NCBI GenBank assembly: GCA_038087875.1
Contig: JAXLNO010004584.1
Location: 186,001-250,000 of the forward strand
Source: Malacoraja senta
Taxonomy: Eukaryota
DNA: 64,000 bases
Direction: 5' to 3'
Position numbers and translations under genes: made by a program. Below are positions 34,367 to 47,000 of the stretch, in pieces. How positions within the stretch are numbered: position 1 is the stretch's first letter; every line of letters begins with the position of its first letter. Below the pieces are notes generated by a model. The model did not search any database and had not been told where the DNA came from. It saw only the letters and a program-made list of their open reading frames with translations.

Positions 34367-35771
34367 CTGTTTAAAAAAACCATGCAAGATAATCACAGAA
34401 AACTCTGCACCTTAAATCTAAAGTACATACTTCATATCTCGATTTTTAGCTCTAAATAAAAATCACGATTAGTACGATGCAAGCTATGTCAACAAGAGAG
34501 AAAATGATGTTTTTTTCTAAATATTTTGGTCAAGGAGCCTAGATAGAACCCGGCATAATCAGTAAATGTAAAATCATTCAGAGAGAGTTTTTAAATCACG
34601 TTTCCAATGCTTTTACATTTATTGATAAGGTAACTACATCATGAAAGTTGTATATAAAACTTTGAGAAAAAATAGCACCAAAATGTTAGCAGCTGTTCAG
34701 CAGACTTGGTTTCTTTACGTGTATTATGTTGGCAACAACATAATTAACTGTTTCATGACAGAGGGTCTCTGGAATTCTCTGCCACAGAAGGTAGTTGAGG
34801 CCAGTTCATTGGCTATATTTAAGAGGGAGTTAGATGTGGCCCTTGTGGCTAAGGGGATCAGGGGGTATGTAGAGAACGCAGGTACGGGATACTGAGTTGG
34901 ATGATCAGCCATGATCATATTGAATGGCGGTGCAGGCTAGAAGGGCCGAATGGCCTACTCCTGCACGTATTTTTCTATGTTTCTATGAAATAGCATGAAA
35001 TGGACCACAAGAACTCTTGAATATTTTAAATAATAAACATTATTTAAATAAAGTCTCAGAGTCATACTGTGCGCAAACAGGCCCTTCGGCCCAACATGTC
35101 CCATCTACACCAGTGCCACCTGCCTGCAATTGGGCCATATCCCTGTAAACCTGTCCTATCCATGCACCTGCCAAATGTCTCTTAACCAATGGCATAGCAG
35201 ACTTGGTTTCAACTGCCTCAACTACCTCCCCCTGGCTGCTCGTTCCATCCACCCACCACCCTTTATACAGTCAGAGCCATACAGGCCAACATGTCCCGTC
35301 TACACCAGTTCCACTTGCCTGCATTTGGCCCATATTACTCTAAACCTGTCCTATCTATGTACCTGTCTAATTGCTTCTTAAATGTTACGATTGTCCCTGC
35401 CTCAACTACCTCCTCTGGCAGCTCATTCCATACACACACCACCCTTCGCATGAAAAAGTTACTCGGATTCCCATGAAATCTTTGCCCCTTCACCTTAAAC
35501 CTGTGCCCCCTGCTTCTCAATTCCCCTATTCTGGGCAAGAGACTGTGTGTCCACCTGATCTATTCCACTCATGATTTTATATACCTTTGTAAGATCACCC
35601 CTCATCCTCCTGTGCTACAGGGAATAGAGTTCCAACTTGCTCAACCTCTTCCTATACCTCAGACACCTCTAGTCCTGGCAACATCCTTGTAAATCATCTC
35701 TGCATCCTTTCCAACTTAACAACATCTTTCCTTTAATGTGGTGCCCAGAACTGAACACAATACTCTAAAGG

Positions 35772-35990
35772 TAGACAATAATGCTGGGAAAACTCAGCAG
35801 GTGAAGCAGCATATATGGAGCGAAGGAATAGGTGACATTTCGGGTCGAGACCCTTCTTTAGACTGAAGAAGGGTCTCGACGCAAAACGTCACCTACTCCT
35901 TCGCTCCATAGATGCTGCCTCACGTGCTGAGCTTTTCCAGCATTTTTGTCTACCTTCGATTTTTCCAGCATTTTTGCAGTTCTTTCTTAA
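35772..35990. mobile_element. Fold-back (head-to-head) Penelope terminal-repeat insertion with 15-bp TSD; duplicated at 59165-59383
   Basis: ggtagac...cttctttagactgaagaagggtctcg...gtctacc forms a ~185-bp hairpin; TSD acaatactctaaagg at 35757-35771 and 35991-36005. Confidence 0.8.
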
Positions 35991-36269
35991 ACAATACTCT
36001 AAAGGCAGCCTCACCAACATCTTATATAACTGCAACATGACCTCCCAACTATACTCAATACTCTGACTGATGCAGGCCACTTCCTGCTGTCAAACATTAA
36101 TTCTTAGCAATATTACAGTTCTGTACAAGCATCCATGAATCATTACTGTATGAATAATGTTCATCTGTGAACAAGGAATTTCTTTGCACCCTCACCCTGG
36201 TGTATATGACAATAAACAGATCTGATCACTCCCACGTGTGCTGGGGCTGTGTAAGCATTACTAATTCAC

Positions 36270-36452
36270 CTTTACAGTGTTGTGGATCTCAGATGTCATC
36301 AGGTTTCTGGCAGTCACGAGCAATTCTTGACATTTCTTCCTGGCAAAATGAACATTAACATTTCTTGCATATTTCAATAGGTCCGTGGAATGACTCTGCA
36401 AAAACTGCATCTTTTTGAGTTTTTCCTCAAATTTATCTGTTGCTTTTATCAC
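36270..36452 (-). pseudogene. ZW10: ZW10 exon 9-like (183 bp, [18 protein letters not shown]...[10 protein letters not shown])
   Basis: Strong match to human [39 protein letters not shown]; canonical splice sites. Confidence 0.93.
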
Positions 36453-36643
36453 CTGGAAGCGAAAACCAAAAATGGAATGTGTAAGAAGGAACTGCAGATG
36501 CTGATCTGAAGAAGGGTCTCGACTCGAAACGTCACCCATTCCTTCTCTCCAGAGATGCTTCCTGTCCTAGCTGAGTTACTTCAGCTTTTTGTGTCTATCT
36601 TCACCAAAAGCGGAATGTTAGTTTTGATCTGCATAACAAGATT

Positions 36644-37310
36644 TTACTTCGGAGTCACGTGAGTGACTACGTGAAGAATCCCGCCAGTGCGCCTGCGCGT
36701 CATTACGTCAGACGCATTGGCGCAAACGGACGTGTGGAGCAGAGCTCCTCTAGTGGAAATGTAGTTGTGAACTACAATGTAAGTAAAAACATTTTTCGAA
36801 AGTATTTCCGTGTCCGTTTGCTGTGGACCTGTGGGGATTTTTTCCACAGGCACCATGGAAAACCGGGCAAAGGGAGGAGGCGAGCGGCACAGCCGGTTGA
36901 AAGTCGCGATATTGCGGTCGTCGACCAGCCGCCTCTGACCCCGGTACAGTCGCCAGCGGAGAGCGTAGCGACTGTGGACTTGGGGCTAAAAAGAGCGCAG
37001 TCAGCGCCAGTGGGGCGCAAGGCGAAAGTCAAGTCCGTACGGCCCACGGAGGAGGAGTCCGAAGAGATGGAGATAACTCCAGGGCTGGATTCTGCTTTTG
37101 AGCAAATGGAAAGCCTTATACACAGGCTGTTGGAGAAAAGCACACTCAGAGTAGAGTGTAGCAAATGCCAGGCTGCAGAAAGCAGCACCTAGCAAATGGG
37201 CTGTTGGAATGCACCCTCATTGATGAGGCGCGTGCACTGGATCATGAGAGTTCAGACCCCGACTCGGACGGTGAGGCTGTTCAAGGCGAAGAACGGCAGC
37301 TGCCAGATAT
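36644..37310 (+). mobile_element. DIRS 5' fragment (left end and start of the gag-like ORF)
   Basis: Same left terminus ttacttcggagtcacgtgagtgactacgtgaag and same insertion point as the element at 60037. Confidence 0.9.
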
Positions 37311-38265
37311 TCCTAGCTGAGTTACTTCTGCTTTTTGTGTCTATCTTCACCAAAAACAGAATGTTAGTTTTGATCTGCATAACAAGATTCTCTTCCTCAT
37401 TTGCATCCCTGTAAACAATCAACATTCCATCACAAACTCATTTTTGGTAAGAAATGGCAATGGAAAGCAAGATTGCATGATAAGTGACAGAGCCGTCACT
37501 CAAGCTAATCTAGCATGCACAACCCTGGTCCATTATTTTACCAATTTTATACATACTCCACTATCCCCAATTCAACTTTTGATCAATCCTTCCCATTTGT
37601 CTAACAGCCTTATAATCTTGTACACCCCAAGTAATTTCCTCCTCTGCCTCAAGAAGAAATTAACCCTATCATGGATAACCTTTCCTCACTGGGCATCTTT
37701 TTAATAGACCTGGTAACAACCATGTAAAAATTCCTTGTAAGCTCTCCAGTGCAATGACATCTTTCCTGCCATGTAATAATCAGAGCCATGACACGGCTTA
37801 CAAGCTGCATCCTGAACAGTGCTGCATGAAGCTCCAACATCACCACCCTGTTATTATATTATATGCTTCAGGGAATAAAGACCTTTCTAAAGTCACCTTA
37901 TTCATCTATTCTAGTGCTTTAAGGATGGTTGAGCAGACATCCCCAGATTTCTCTTCTTCAGCACCTGACCCATGATGTACTATTTTCTTTATGCACCTGA
38001 CTCTCTGGATTAAGTCACATTTTACAACCCAACAGTCCAATTCATCTGTTTGCGCCTGCAATCTAAAGCCATCTTCCAAACCGTCAATCACTATCCCAAT
38101 TTTGTGACAGAAAAGGCCATAGAAACTTGTTCTACGAGTATACAATGACATTTAAAAGTGAACAATGAAAACTGAATGCCAATTAGGAATGTGCAATGGA
38201 AAATACACCTGGTTTGGCAATTAAAGGTTCTCGTTCACACACACATTATGGTAAAGTGTCCATAC

Positions 38266-38429
38266 CTCTTCATACAGCTGTAACTGGCAGCAATGTTCTG
38301 GTACAGAAAATACCAAACAGTTCTTAATAATGATTTCTGATAATTCCTCCCAGATCATGCCTCCCAGCAACTCTGCTAGATTTATATCCTGCTTTTCATT
38401 ACGATCCACGGAGACCCAGAGTGGAATAT
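38266..38429 (-). pseudogene. ZW10: ZW10 exon 8-like (164 bp)
   Basis: LAELLGGMIWEELSEIIIKNCLVFSVP matches [27 protein letters not shown]; tag acceptor and gtatg donor. Confidence 0.9.
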
Positions 38430-38597
38430 CTACCATAACACCAAAAAGAAAGACAATTAAATTCTACATACCCAGCAATGTGTCTTTATCTTAATTATGT
38501 TTTGAAGCTAATTTCAGAACGGCATAATTACAAAACAAAAATAAATAACCTACCCACAATACAGAGAGCAAAAGAGACAAAAGAAAAGTCTACAAAC

Positions 38598-38789
38598 AAA
38601 GCAAATGTTGCTGCAGGAACTCCAAGACGGTTGTGATCTTCTGGTAAACCTTTGCTGGTAACTCATGTTCACATTTGCTTTTAACTGCGCTGAATCTTAA
38701 AACGGCATCATTAGCCCGAAGTTCAATCTCAACATCAAGGGAAGGATCAACAACCAGTGGTTTCAAAATATATTTCAACAAGATATGAC
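38598..38789 (-). pseudogene. ZW10: ZW10 exon 7-like (192 bp)
   Basis: HILLKYILKPL...VYQKITTVLEFLQQHLL matches QMLLKYILRPL...VFTKIRLVLEVLQKQLL; ctgcag acceptor and weak gtttgt donor. Confidence 0.88.
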
Positions 38790-39421
38790 CTGCAGAGTTA
38801 GGACATGGCCATTAAGCAGTAAAAATGACTGAGAATAAAAAGTGAAAAGTTCAGAAATCATTAAGCAGGATTGTCAACCATGCTAAATGTATGCAGACTG
38901 CATTAAAAGTAATACAACTTAATTGGAACATGCTGCATTGACAAAGAATATCTTGAAGGCAGAGCAGTGAAATACAGAATTTACAGTGTTCCAAAATTCT
39001 AACTTTCCTGAGAAGAAATAGGGTGGGGGCAAACAGGTTAGTGATCAATGCCTCAGAACAGAGAGTAGCTTTTAGGTCAGATATTGAGAAATGTATTTCA
39101 TGACAATGATTATGAATCTTTGTACGTTTCCACCCCAGGGTGCCATGCAGGTCAGCAGTAGAACAATAGGTTCTAAAAGAACTGAGAATTGCAATGCTCT
39201 CAAATTAAGCTCTTGGCCAGCCTCTGTTATTTGTTGTGATCTTAAGAGTAATTAGTCTTTATTAAAAATTTGCAGAATTAAAAGCTTTTGAATATTGCAC
39301 AATTAAATATTTGAGGGTTAGACATGCCAATTGCAAAAGACTCTTCAGAGACTTAGTAGAAGATTAAAATTGCAGGTCTGAGAACAAAAAGTGGTTAAAA
39401 TGTTTACAAAAGAACTGCAGA
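38781..39421 (+). repeat. 641-bp direct repeat, first copy (second copy 43086-43726), flanking the L1
   Basis: Offset 4305; both copies run from agatatgacctgcag to aaagaactgcaga; no differences seen. Confidence 0.92.
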
Positions 39422-42400
39422 AGTAAAATCCCAATCAAGTGTATTTCTAAATTCATTTATTAATACCTCTAATATTAAGGATGTCTGGAGAATAGAAAAC
39501 CCAACTGGACGGGAATATTCATTTTACTCACCAGTACATAAAACATACTCAAGAATAGATTATTTTTTAGTTGACTCTACGTTTACCCCATTTATTTATA
39601 ATTTAAAATACCATAACATTATAATCTCAGATCACGCACCTGTAACATTCATGATTAAATTGAATGGAATGTCCGAGAAACAAGCATATTGGAGATTTAA
39701 CCCACAAATTTTGAATGAAAGATCATGCCAGGAATATATTATTAAACAGATTCAAATATTTTTTGAGGTAAATGACAACCCTGACACACCTACTTCTCTT
39801 ATGTGGGAAACGTTTAAAGCATATGTTCGAGGTACATTAATTTCTGCTCAAGCATTTTATAATAAAGAGAACAGGATTAAGCAACAAACATTGGAAAGCG
39901 AAATCAAGCAACTAGATATAGAAAATGCGAGAATGCCATCTACTTTAAAACATAATAAAATTGTTGTATTGAAATATAAATTAAATAAAATGTATTCAGA
40001 ACAAGTAATAAAACTTTATCAAAAAACCAAACAATTACATTTTGAATTTGGAGACAAACCACAAAAACTATTAGCACGTCAGTTACGAAAAATGGAAGGG
40101 GAAAAAATAATTCATAAAATTAGAACAGAGACAGGAGAATTATTAAAAATGCCCAAGGACATAAATGATAGATTTCTCCAATACTATTACAACCTTTATT
40201 CAACTAAAACAGTAGCACAACCAGAAGGAATAGCAGATTTTTTACTAAAATGTAATTTAAAAGGTTTAGATTCAAACGATAGAGAATTATTAGAAAGGGA
40301 GATTACGATAAAGGATATTGAAGAGTCTATTGGTTCTTTAAAAAATGGTAAAGCAGTAGGACCAGATGGTTTAGGCTCCGAATTTTATAAAAAAATTTAT
40401 GATTTGCTTTGCCCACGGTTACAAAGACTGTATGAATATATCTATACTCAACAGAAACTTCCAGACACTTTAAATGAATCTATAATAACACTTATTCCTA
40501 AAGCTGATAAAGATCCGGAAGACCCGGGATCATACAGAGCAATTGCACTTTTAAATACAGATCAGAAAATATTAACTAAAATACTAGCGCATAGATTAAG
40601 TACAGTGATGAATAAATTAATACACCCTGACCAAACAGGCTTTATTCAGAAACGGTATTCATATTATAATCTAAGAAGATTATTTAATATTATATATTCC
40701 AAGAGAATTATTAACGAAGATCTAGCAATAATCTCACTTGACGCTGAAAAAGCATTTGATCAGGTGGAATGGTCTTATCTATTTTCGGTGATGGAAAATA
40801 TGCAGCTAGGGGAGAAATTCTGTACATGGATAAAACTGTTATATACAAATCCCACGGCTAGAATACTTACAAACCAAAGGTTGTCATCTAAATTTAGCCT
40901 ATCTAGAGGTTGTAGACAAGGATGCCCGTTATCTCCATTATTATTTGCGCTTGCTATTGAGCCACTGGCAGAAAGAGTTAGGGGGCATCCGGAAATACAT
41001 GGGTATAACACAAAGGACACAGTGAATAAAATTTCTCTATACGCAGATGATGTATTAATTTACATTACAAAACCAGACATTAGTATTCCAAACTTATTAA
41101 AGCTAATAACCCAATTTGGTTCACTTTCAGGATACAGAATAAATTGGAATAAAAGTGAAATTATGCCAATAAGGGAACATAACAAACAGATAATACAACA
41201 ATTTCCATTTAAAATAGTAAATGAAAAATTTAAATATCTAGGTATTTATATAACTAAGAGATATACATCATTATTTAAAGCAAATTTTCCCCCATTACTG
41301 AACAAACTACATAAGAATATTCAATACTGGAAAGCACTTCCTATCTCAATGGTTGGCAAAATTAATGCTATAAAAATGATTTTTTTTACCGCAAATATTA
41401 TACCTTTTTCAGACAATTCCGATATATCTGACAAAAAACTTTTTTAAAAAACTGGACTCTATTGTTAATGATTTTATCTGGGATTATAAGAATCATAGGA
41501 TAAACAAAAGACACTTGTGTAAATCAAAAATAAATGGAGGCTTGGTTTTACCCAACTTTTTGTTTTATTTCTGGGCTGTTAATATTAAAAATATGAATTT
41601 CTGGTTGGAAGAAATAGATCATCAACCAGACTGGTTAAAAATGGAAAAGGAAGATTGTTTACCTTTTGATATCGGTTCGATATTATTTGCTACGTCTAAA
41701 TTAAACAAAAAAATTTATAGGGAAAACCCTATAATATTTAGTGCTATACGAATTTGGAAACAATTAAAAAAGACATTAAAATTAGATAATTTATCACTTT
41801 TTCTTCCAATTGTGAATAACCCTTTGTTTAAGCCTTCATGGTTGGACGGGGGTTTTACACAATGGAAGAATTATGGAATTAAAAATATGGGACAACTTTA
41901 TAAGGAAGGCACCTTTCTGACATTTCAGGAGTTGCAACAGACTCGTGGACTTCGAGGAAATGATTATTTCAGATATCTTCAACTTAGAGATTATGTAAAA
42001 TCGAACTCTCAAAATTTTCGATTTAGAAATTCAGAAATTCTTGATGAATGTTGGAACAAACATCCTAATACAGAAAAATTAATATCTTATATATATTATA
42101 TCTTATTAGACAGTGACATTCCTTCGACGGAATTACACAGACAAACATGGGAAGAAGAATTAAATCAAGTAATAACGAAAGATACTTGGGAAGAAAGTTT
42201 GCAACACATACATCAGTGCTCACTAAACGCCAGACATTCTCTAATACAATTTAAAGTAATACATAGGTTACATTATTCAAAAACAAAACTACATAAAATT
42301 TTTCAACATATCTCACCTATATGTGATAAATGTCAACATTTAGAAGCTACATTATCTCATATGTTTGCAAACTGTATAAAAATTAAAAAATTCTGGGTAA

Positions 42401-43085
42401 ATATTTTCAGTATAATATCTAAAGTAACCGGCACACAATTGGACCCAGATCCAAAATTAATAATACTCGGAATATTAGAATTAAATCAAACATTTAGAAC
42501 ACAAAGAAACTTTATTGATTATAGTTTAATAGGAAAAAAATTAATTCTAAAATTTTGGAAAGGCCCTACGGCCCCCACAATTAAAATGTGGATTATAGAA
42601 ATGACGGAGACCTTAAACGTGGAAAGAATCAGATTTTCCCTGTTGGACAAACAGGAATTATTCGTAGGAACATGGTCTCCTTTTATTGATTACTTAAAGG
42701 GTCAGAATAGTTCAGCACAGGAACCTGACTAGCACTCGGTCTAAAGAATGGATGAAATGCTATACTCTGAAATGTACGAACATATCTCGAATGAAGTTTT
42801 TTATTTCAATAAATTTTTCCATTCTTCTTTAACTATTTTCTCTTTTTTTAATTTTTTTTTAAATTATTTTTATTTTTTATTTTTTTATTCTTCTTCTCTT
42901 TCTTTTCTTTCTTTACTTCATCTATCTCTTTAGTTCTATCTAGTTAAAAAAAAAAGGCAAAAGGTATTGGAGACAATGTAATAATAATTGATAATATTAT
43001 CAATTTAAAAATGTCAGACTGTAATGATGTAAATAAATTGTGTACTTATCTCCAATAATAAAAAAATATTAAAAAAAAAAAAAAA
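39422..43085 (+). mobile_element. L1 LINE, 5'-truncated in the EN domain, nearly intact ORF2 with one frameshift, poly(A) tail
   Basis: ORFs 39651-41447 and 41515-42732 (SRIDY, SDH, GPDG, SLDAEKAFD, GCRQGCPLSP, YADD, CDKC..H..C); A-tail at ~43070-43085. Confidence 0.95.
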
Positions 43086-44024
43086 AGATATGACCTGCAG
43101 AGTTAGGACATGGCCATTAAGCAGTAAAAATGACTGAGAATAAAAAGTGAAAAGTTCAGAAATCATTAAGCAGGATTGTCAACCATGCTAAATGTATGCA
43201 GACTGCATTAAAAGTAATACAACTTAATTGGAACATGCTGCATTGACAAAGAATATCTTGAAGGCAGAGCAGTGAAATACAGAATTTACAGTGTTCCAAA
43301 ATTCTAACTTTCCTGAGAAGAAATAGGGTGGGGGCAAACAGGTTAGTGATCAATGCCTCAGAACAGAGAGTAGCTTTTAGGTCAGATATTGAGAAATGTA
43401 TTTCATGACAATGATTATGAATCTTTGTACGTTTCCACCCCAGGGTGCCATGCAGGTCAGCAGTAGAACAATAGGTTCTAAAAGAACTGAGAATTGCAAT
43501 GCTCTCAAATTAAGCTCTTGGCCAGCCTCTGTTATTTGTTGTGATCTTAAGAGTAATTAGTCTTTATTAAAAATTTGCAGAATTAAAAGCTTTTGAATAT
43601 TGCACAATTAAATATTTGAGGGTTAGACATGCCAATTGCAAAAGACTCTTCAGAGACTTAGTAGAAGATTAAAATTGCAGGTCTGAGAACAAAAAGTGGT
43701 TAAAATGTTTACAAAAGAACTGCAGATGCTGGTTTAAATCAAAGATTGACACAAAATGCTGTAGTAACTCAACAGGACAGGCAGGATCTCTGGAGAGAAG
43801 GAATGGGTGATGTTTTGGGTCGAGAATCAATATTTAAAATTTGGACAAAATACATTTTAAACTATAATTTTCATTTTATTCTTTTCATTGTGCAAAATGC
43901 AAAAATCATAAAATCATGTTCTACCACTGCAGTACCTTTAAAGATATTCATCCAGTTGAGAAAAAAACGCTATAGTGACTTACTGTAGAAACTTGATGAT
44001 GCTCACCAAGTCCTGGCAACAGAA

Positions 44025-47000
44025 AATAGTAAGATTAAACGAGAACTTACCTAAGTTTGAAGTTTGATCTTTATTTTATGAGGAGTTATGTAGGTGATTA
44101 CGTGAAGAACCCCGCCAGTGCACCTGCGCGTCAATCTTCAAAGCAGCGGTGTGAAATCACAAAAAACAACAACCGAAGTAATATAGTCTCATACTAAAAC
44201 GAGTAAGACAAGAACTTCCATCTGACCTTTATGATAGAGGGTAGGGTCGTGGTGGGCACGTAATCACCTACGTAACTCCTCATAAAATAAAGATCAAACT
44301 TCAAACTTAGGTAAGTTCTCGTTTAATCTTACTATTTTACTTCGGAGTCACGTGAGTGACTACGTGAAAATTTTAAAGCTTTGTGATTTCATGCCGTGGA
44401 TCAATCCCGGCTTCTCACTGCATAGATTGACTCGGAACGAGAATAATCAATCATGCATTCATAATAACATTTGTACCACAAATGCAGTAATTCATTTCAA
44501 GAATGAAATGAATCAGATCCCCTTTAAACCAGAGGAATTTACACAGAACTTAAAATAGTTTCTGCAAACAACCCCGCATTAACAATAGGCCGATGGTAAA
44601 AATGTTGAAACATCAACTCATTGGACCACCCGGCGGCTGCGAGGGTATGGTCGACGGGGCCGTCTTTTGCCCTGGCCGCCGACATTTCTGCTGCCCTAGT
44701 CGAGTGAGACGTAAAAACATAAGTGTTAATACCAGCAGCTGTTAAGACTTCTTTTATCCATCTGGAAATAGTCTGTATTGAAACTCTCTTGTGTGGTTTC
44801 TTGTGTGTGATCAAAAACCCAGTTTCCGTATTCTCAAATTCTTTGTGACCCCAATGTATTGTAATAAATATGTCTTCATACAGAGACATGGATCATTTGG
44901 ATATGCTGCCAGCATAATTTTAAATCCTGTCACACCTGGCCTAATTTGCTTTAGTAGGTCATAGATATAGAATGTAACCTTGTCTTCAGTTACTTCCATA
45001 CTGTCTCTTTGTAATTCTCCAAGTGTTTGCACTCGTTGTGCTGTCACTCATGCCATAAACATGAATACTTTCATACTGAGCTTGACCAAAGGTAAAGACA
45101 CACTTGATGACCATCACGAAGTAGTTTCAGTACCACACTTACATCCCAGATTGTCACGTACCTAGGTTTCGGTGGTTTGGAATTAAAGATTCCTTTCATT
45201 AGTCTGGAAACAATTGGGTGTGACCCAATTGAGTTTCTTTCTGAATCCAGAACCAAATATGAGGACAATGCACTTCTGGCTGAATTAATTGCACTACAAC
45301 TCAGACCTTCATCATAATAAAGTTTTGACAGAAATTCTAAACATTTGAAATATCTGCAGTACTTTAATTGCACATTCTTTTGTACCCAGAACTCTTCCCA
45401 TTTCTTAATATAAGAAAGGTACTGTTTTTGAGTGCTCTTCCTCCAGACTGCCGTAAGCATGTCCACAGTATGCTCAGACAGTCCTCGTCCCAGAAAAGGC
45501 ATTCTTAAAACCTGCAAATCAACAAATCCAAACGATCATATAATGGATGTTGTTCCCCTGTACAGGGTGCAGCAATAGATTACTCTTTTTTGGGACTTTC
45601 ATCAACATTTGTGTTGTTAATTCTAATATCAACGGATACCATGGCTGTGTAGGCCAATCTGGTACTACCAATACCCTTGAAGCAGCATCTTGCCTGATTT
45701 TAAGCAAACATTGGCTTATGAGGCAGAAAGGTGGAAATATATATGAAAACATACCACCCCAATGTAGCGAGAAAGCATCAATCGCCACTGCTCCTGGATC
45801 TGGTTTCCATGAGACATATCTCGATAGCTGATGATTCAAGTCGGTCGGTCATTCCAAATCTGATGACTATATCATTGAATACCTCTTGATTCAACATCCA
45901 TTCTTTATTATCATGGAACTTTTCGTGACCTGGTGTCTGCTATTGTTCATTCTACCTGGTAGATAGATAGCTGAAATCCAAATGTTCTTTTCAATACACC
46001 AAGCCCAAAGTTGATTAACCATTTTGTCACAAGACACCGACTTAATTCCACCCATATCATTAATATAAACAACTACTGTTGTGTTATCAATTTGAACTTG
46101 AACATGCTTATTAGTTGTGTTAGAACAATAAGCTTGGAGCCCATAGAAACATCCTAGAAGCTCCAAATAGTTAATTCCCCATGTCTGCAGTAACAATGAC
46201 TCTTCCTGATTCCATCTGCCTCCTCAGCTAGATGTTAAGTCAGTTGCACCCCATCCTGGTGCACTGGCATCAGTTTGTAATATCATGGAAGGTTGTTCAA
46301 TCAGCACTTTGCTGGAACTGCTTGAGACATGTAGAATCCACCACTGCAGATCAGAAACAGCATTTGTTGTTAGTTGCATGGTTCTATCAAAATGACCAAC
46401 ATGCATTCTCGGTGCCTGTTCTTTAACTCTCTGCAGCTGTTGATAATGTAATGGTCCGAATTGGACTGCTGGGAATGCTGCTACTAATTTTCCCAGTACA
46501 CGAGCCACCTGTCTAATTGAAGGTTTTTGCTCGTTTAGGAGATTACTGCAATCTTTAATCAAATCCACCTTTTTCCCTGGGCAAAGTAATATTCATTTGG
46601 ACTGAATCAATTGTGAACCCCAAATAATTAATAGAGGTACATGGTGTTAACCTAGATTTCTGTGGATGAATTAGAAACCCCAAATTTTCAAAAGTTGATT
46701 TCACAACTGCAACAGATACTTCTGTTGACTGTTTTGTCTTTCCTATAATCAAGACATCATCCAAATATGCCATTAGTACATGCCCCTGGCTACTCAGTAA
46801 GCTCAGAATTGGTTTTAACAATTTTATGAATATTCTGGGTGCAGATATTAACCCATTAGGCAGAGCTTTGAACTGCCACAACTGGTTCATCCATTTAAAT
46901 TTAAGATACTTCCTATCTTCTGAATGAACAGACACTGAATAATATGCATCTTTCAAGTCTATAGTTGCCATATAACATGCTTCTGAAATAAGCTGTTTGG

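Larger units (their letters stand above)
33130..37310. repeat. Segmental duplicate of 54126-56899 plus 58969-60722
   Basis: Shared Penelope and CR1 fragments, exon 3, exon 9 and the DIRS left end in the same order. Confidence 0.9.

Noticed and set aside
38851-39048. Identical 65-aa ORF occurring twice (also 43156-43353)
   Set aside because: It is intronic sequence inside the 641-bp duplication, not a gene.
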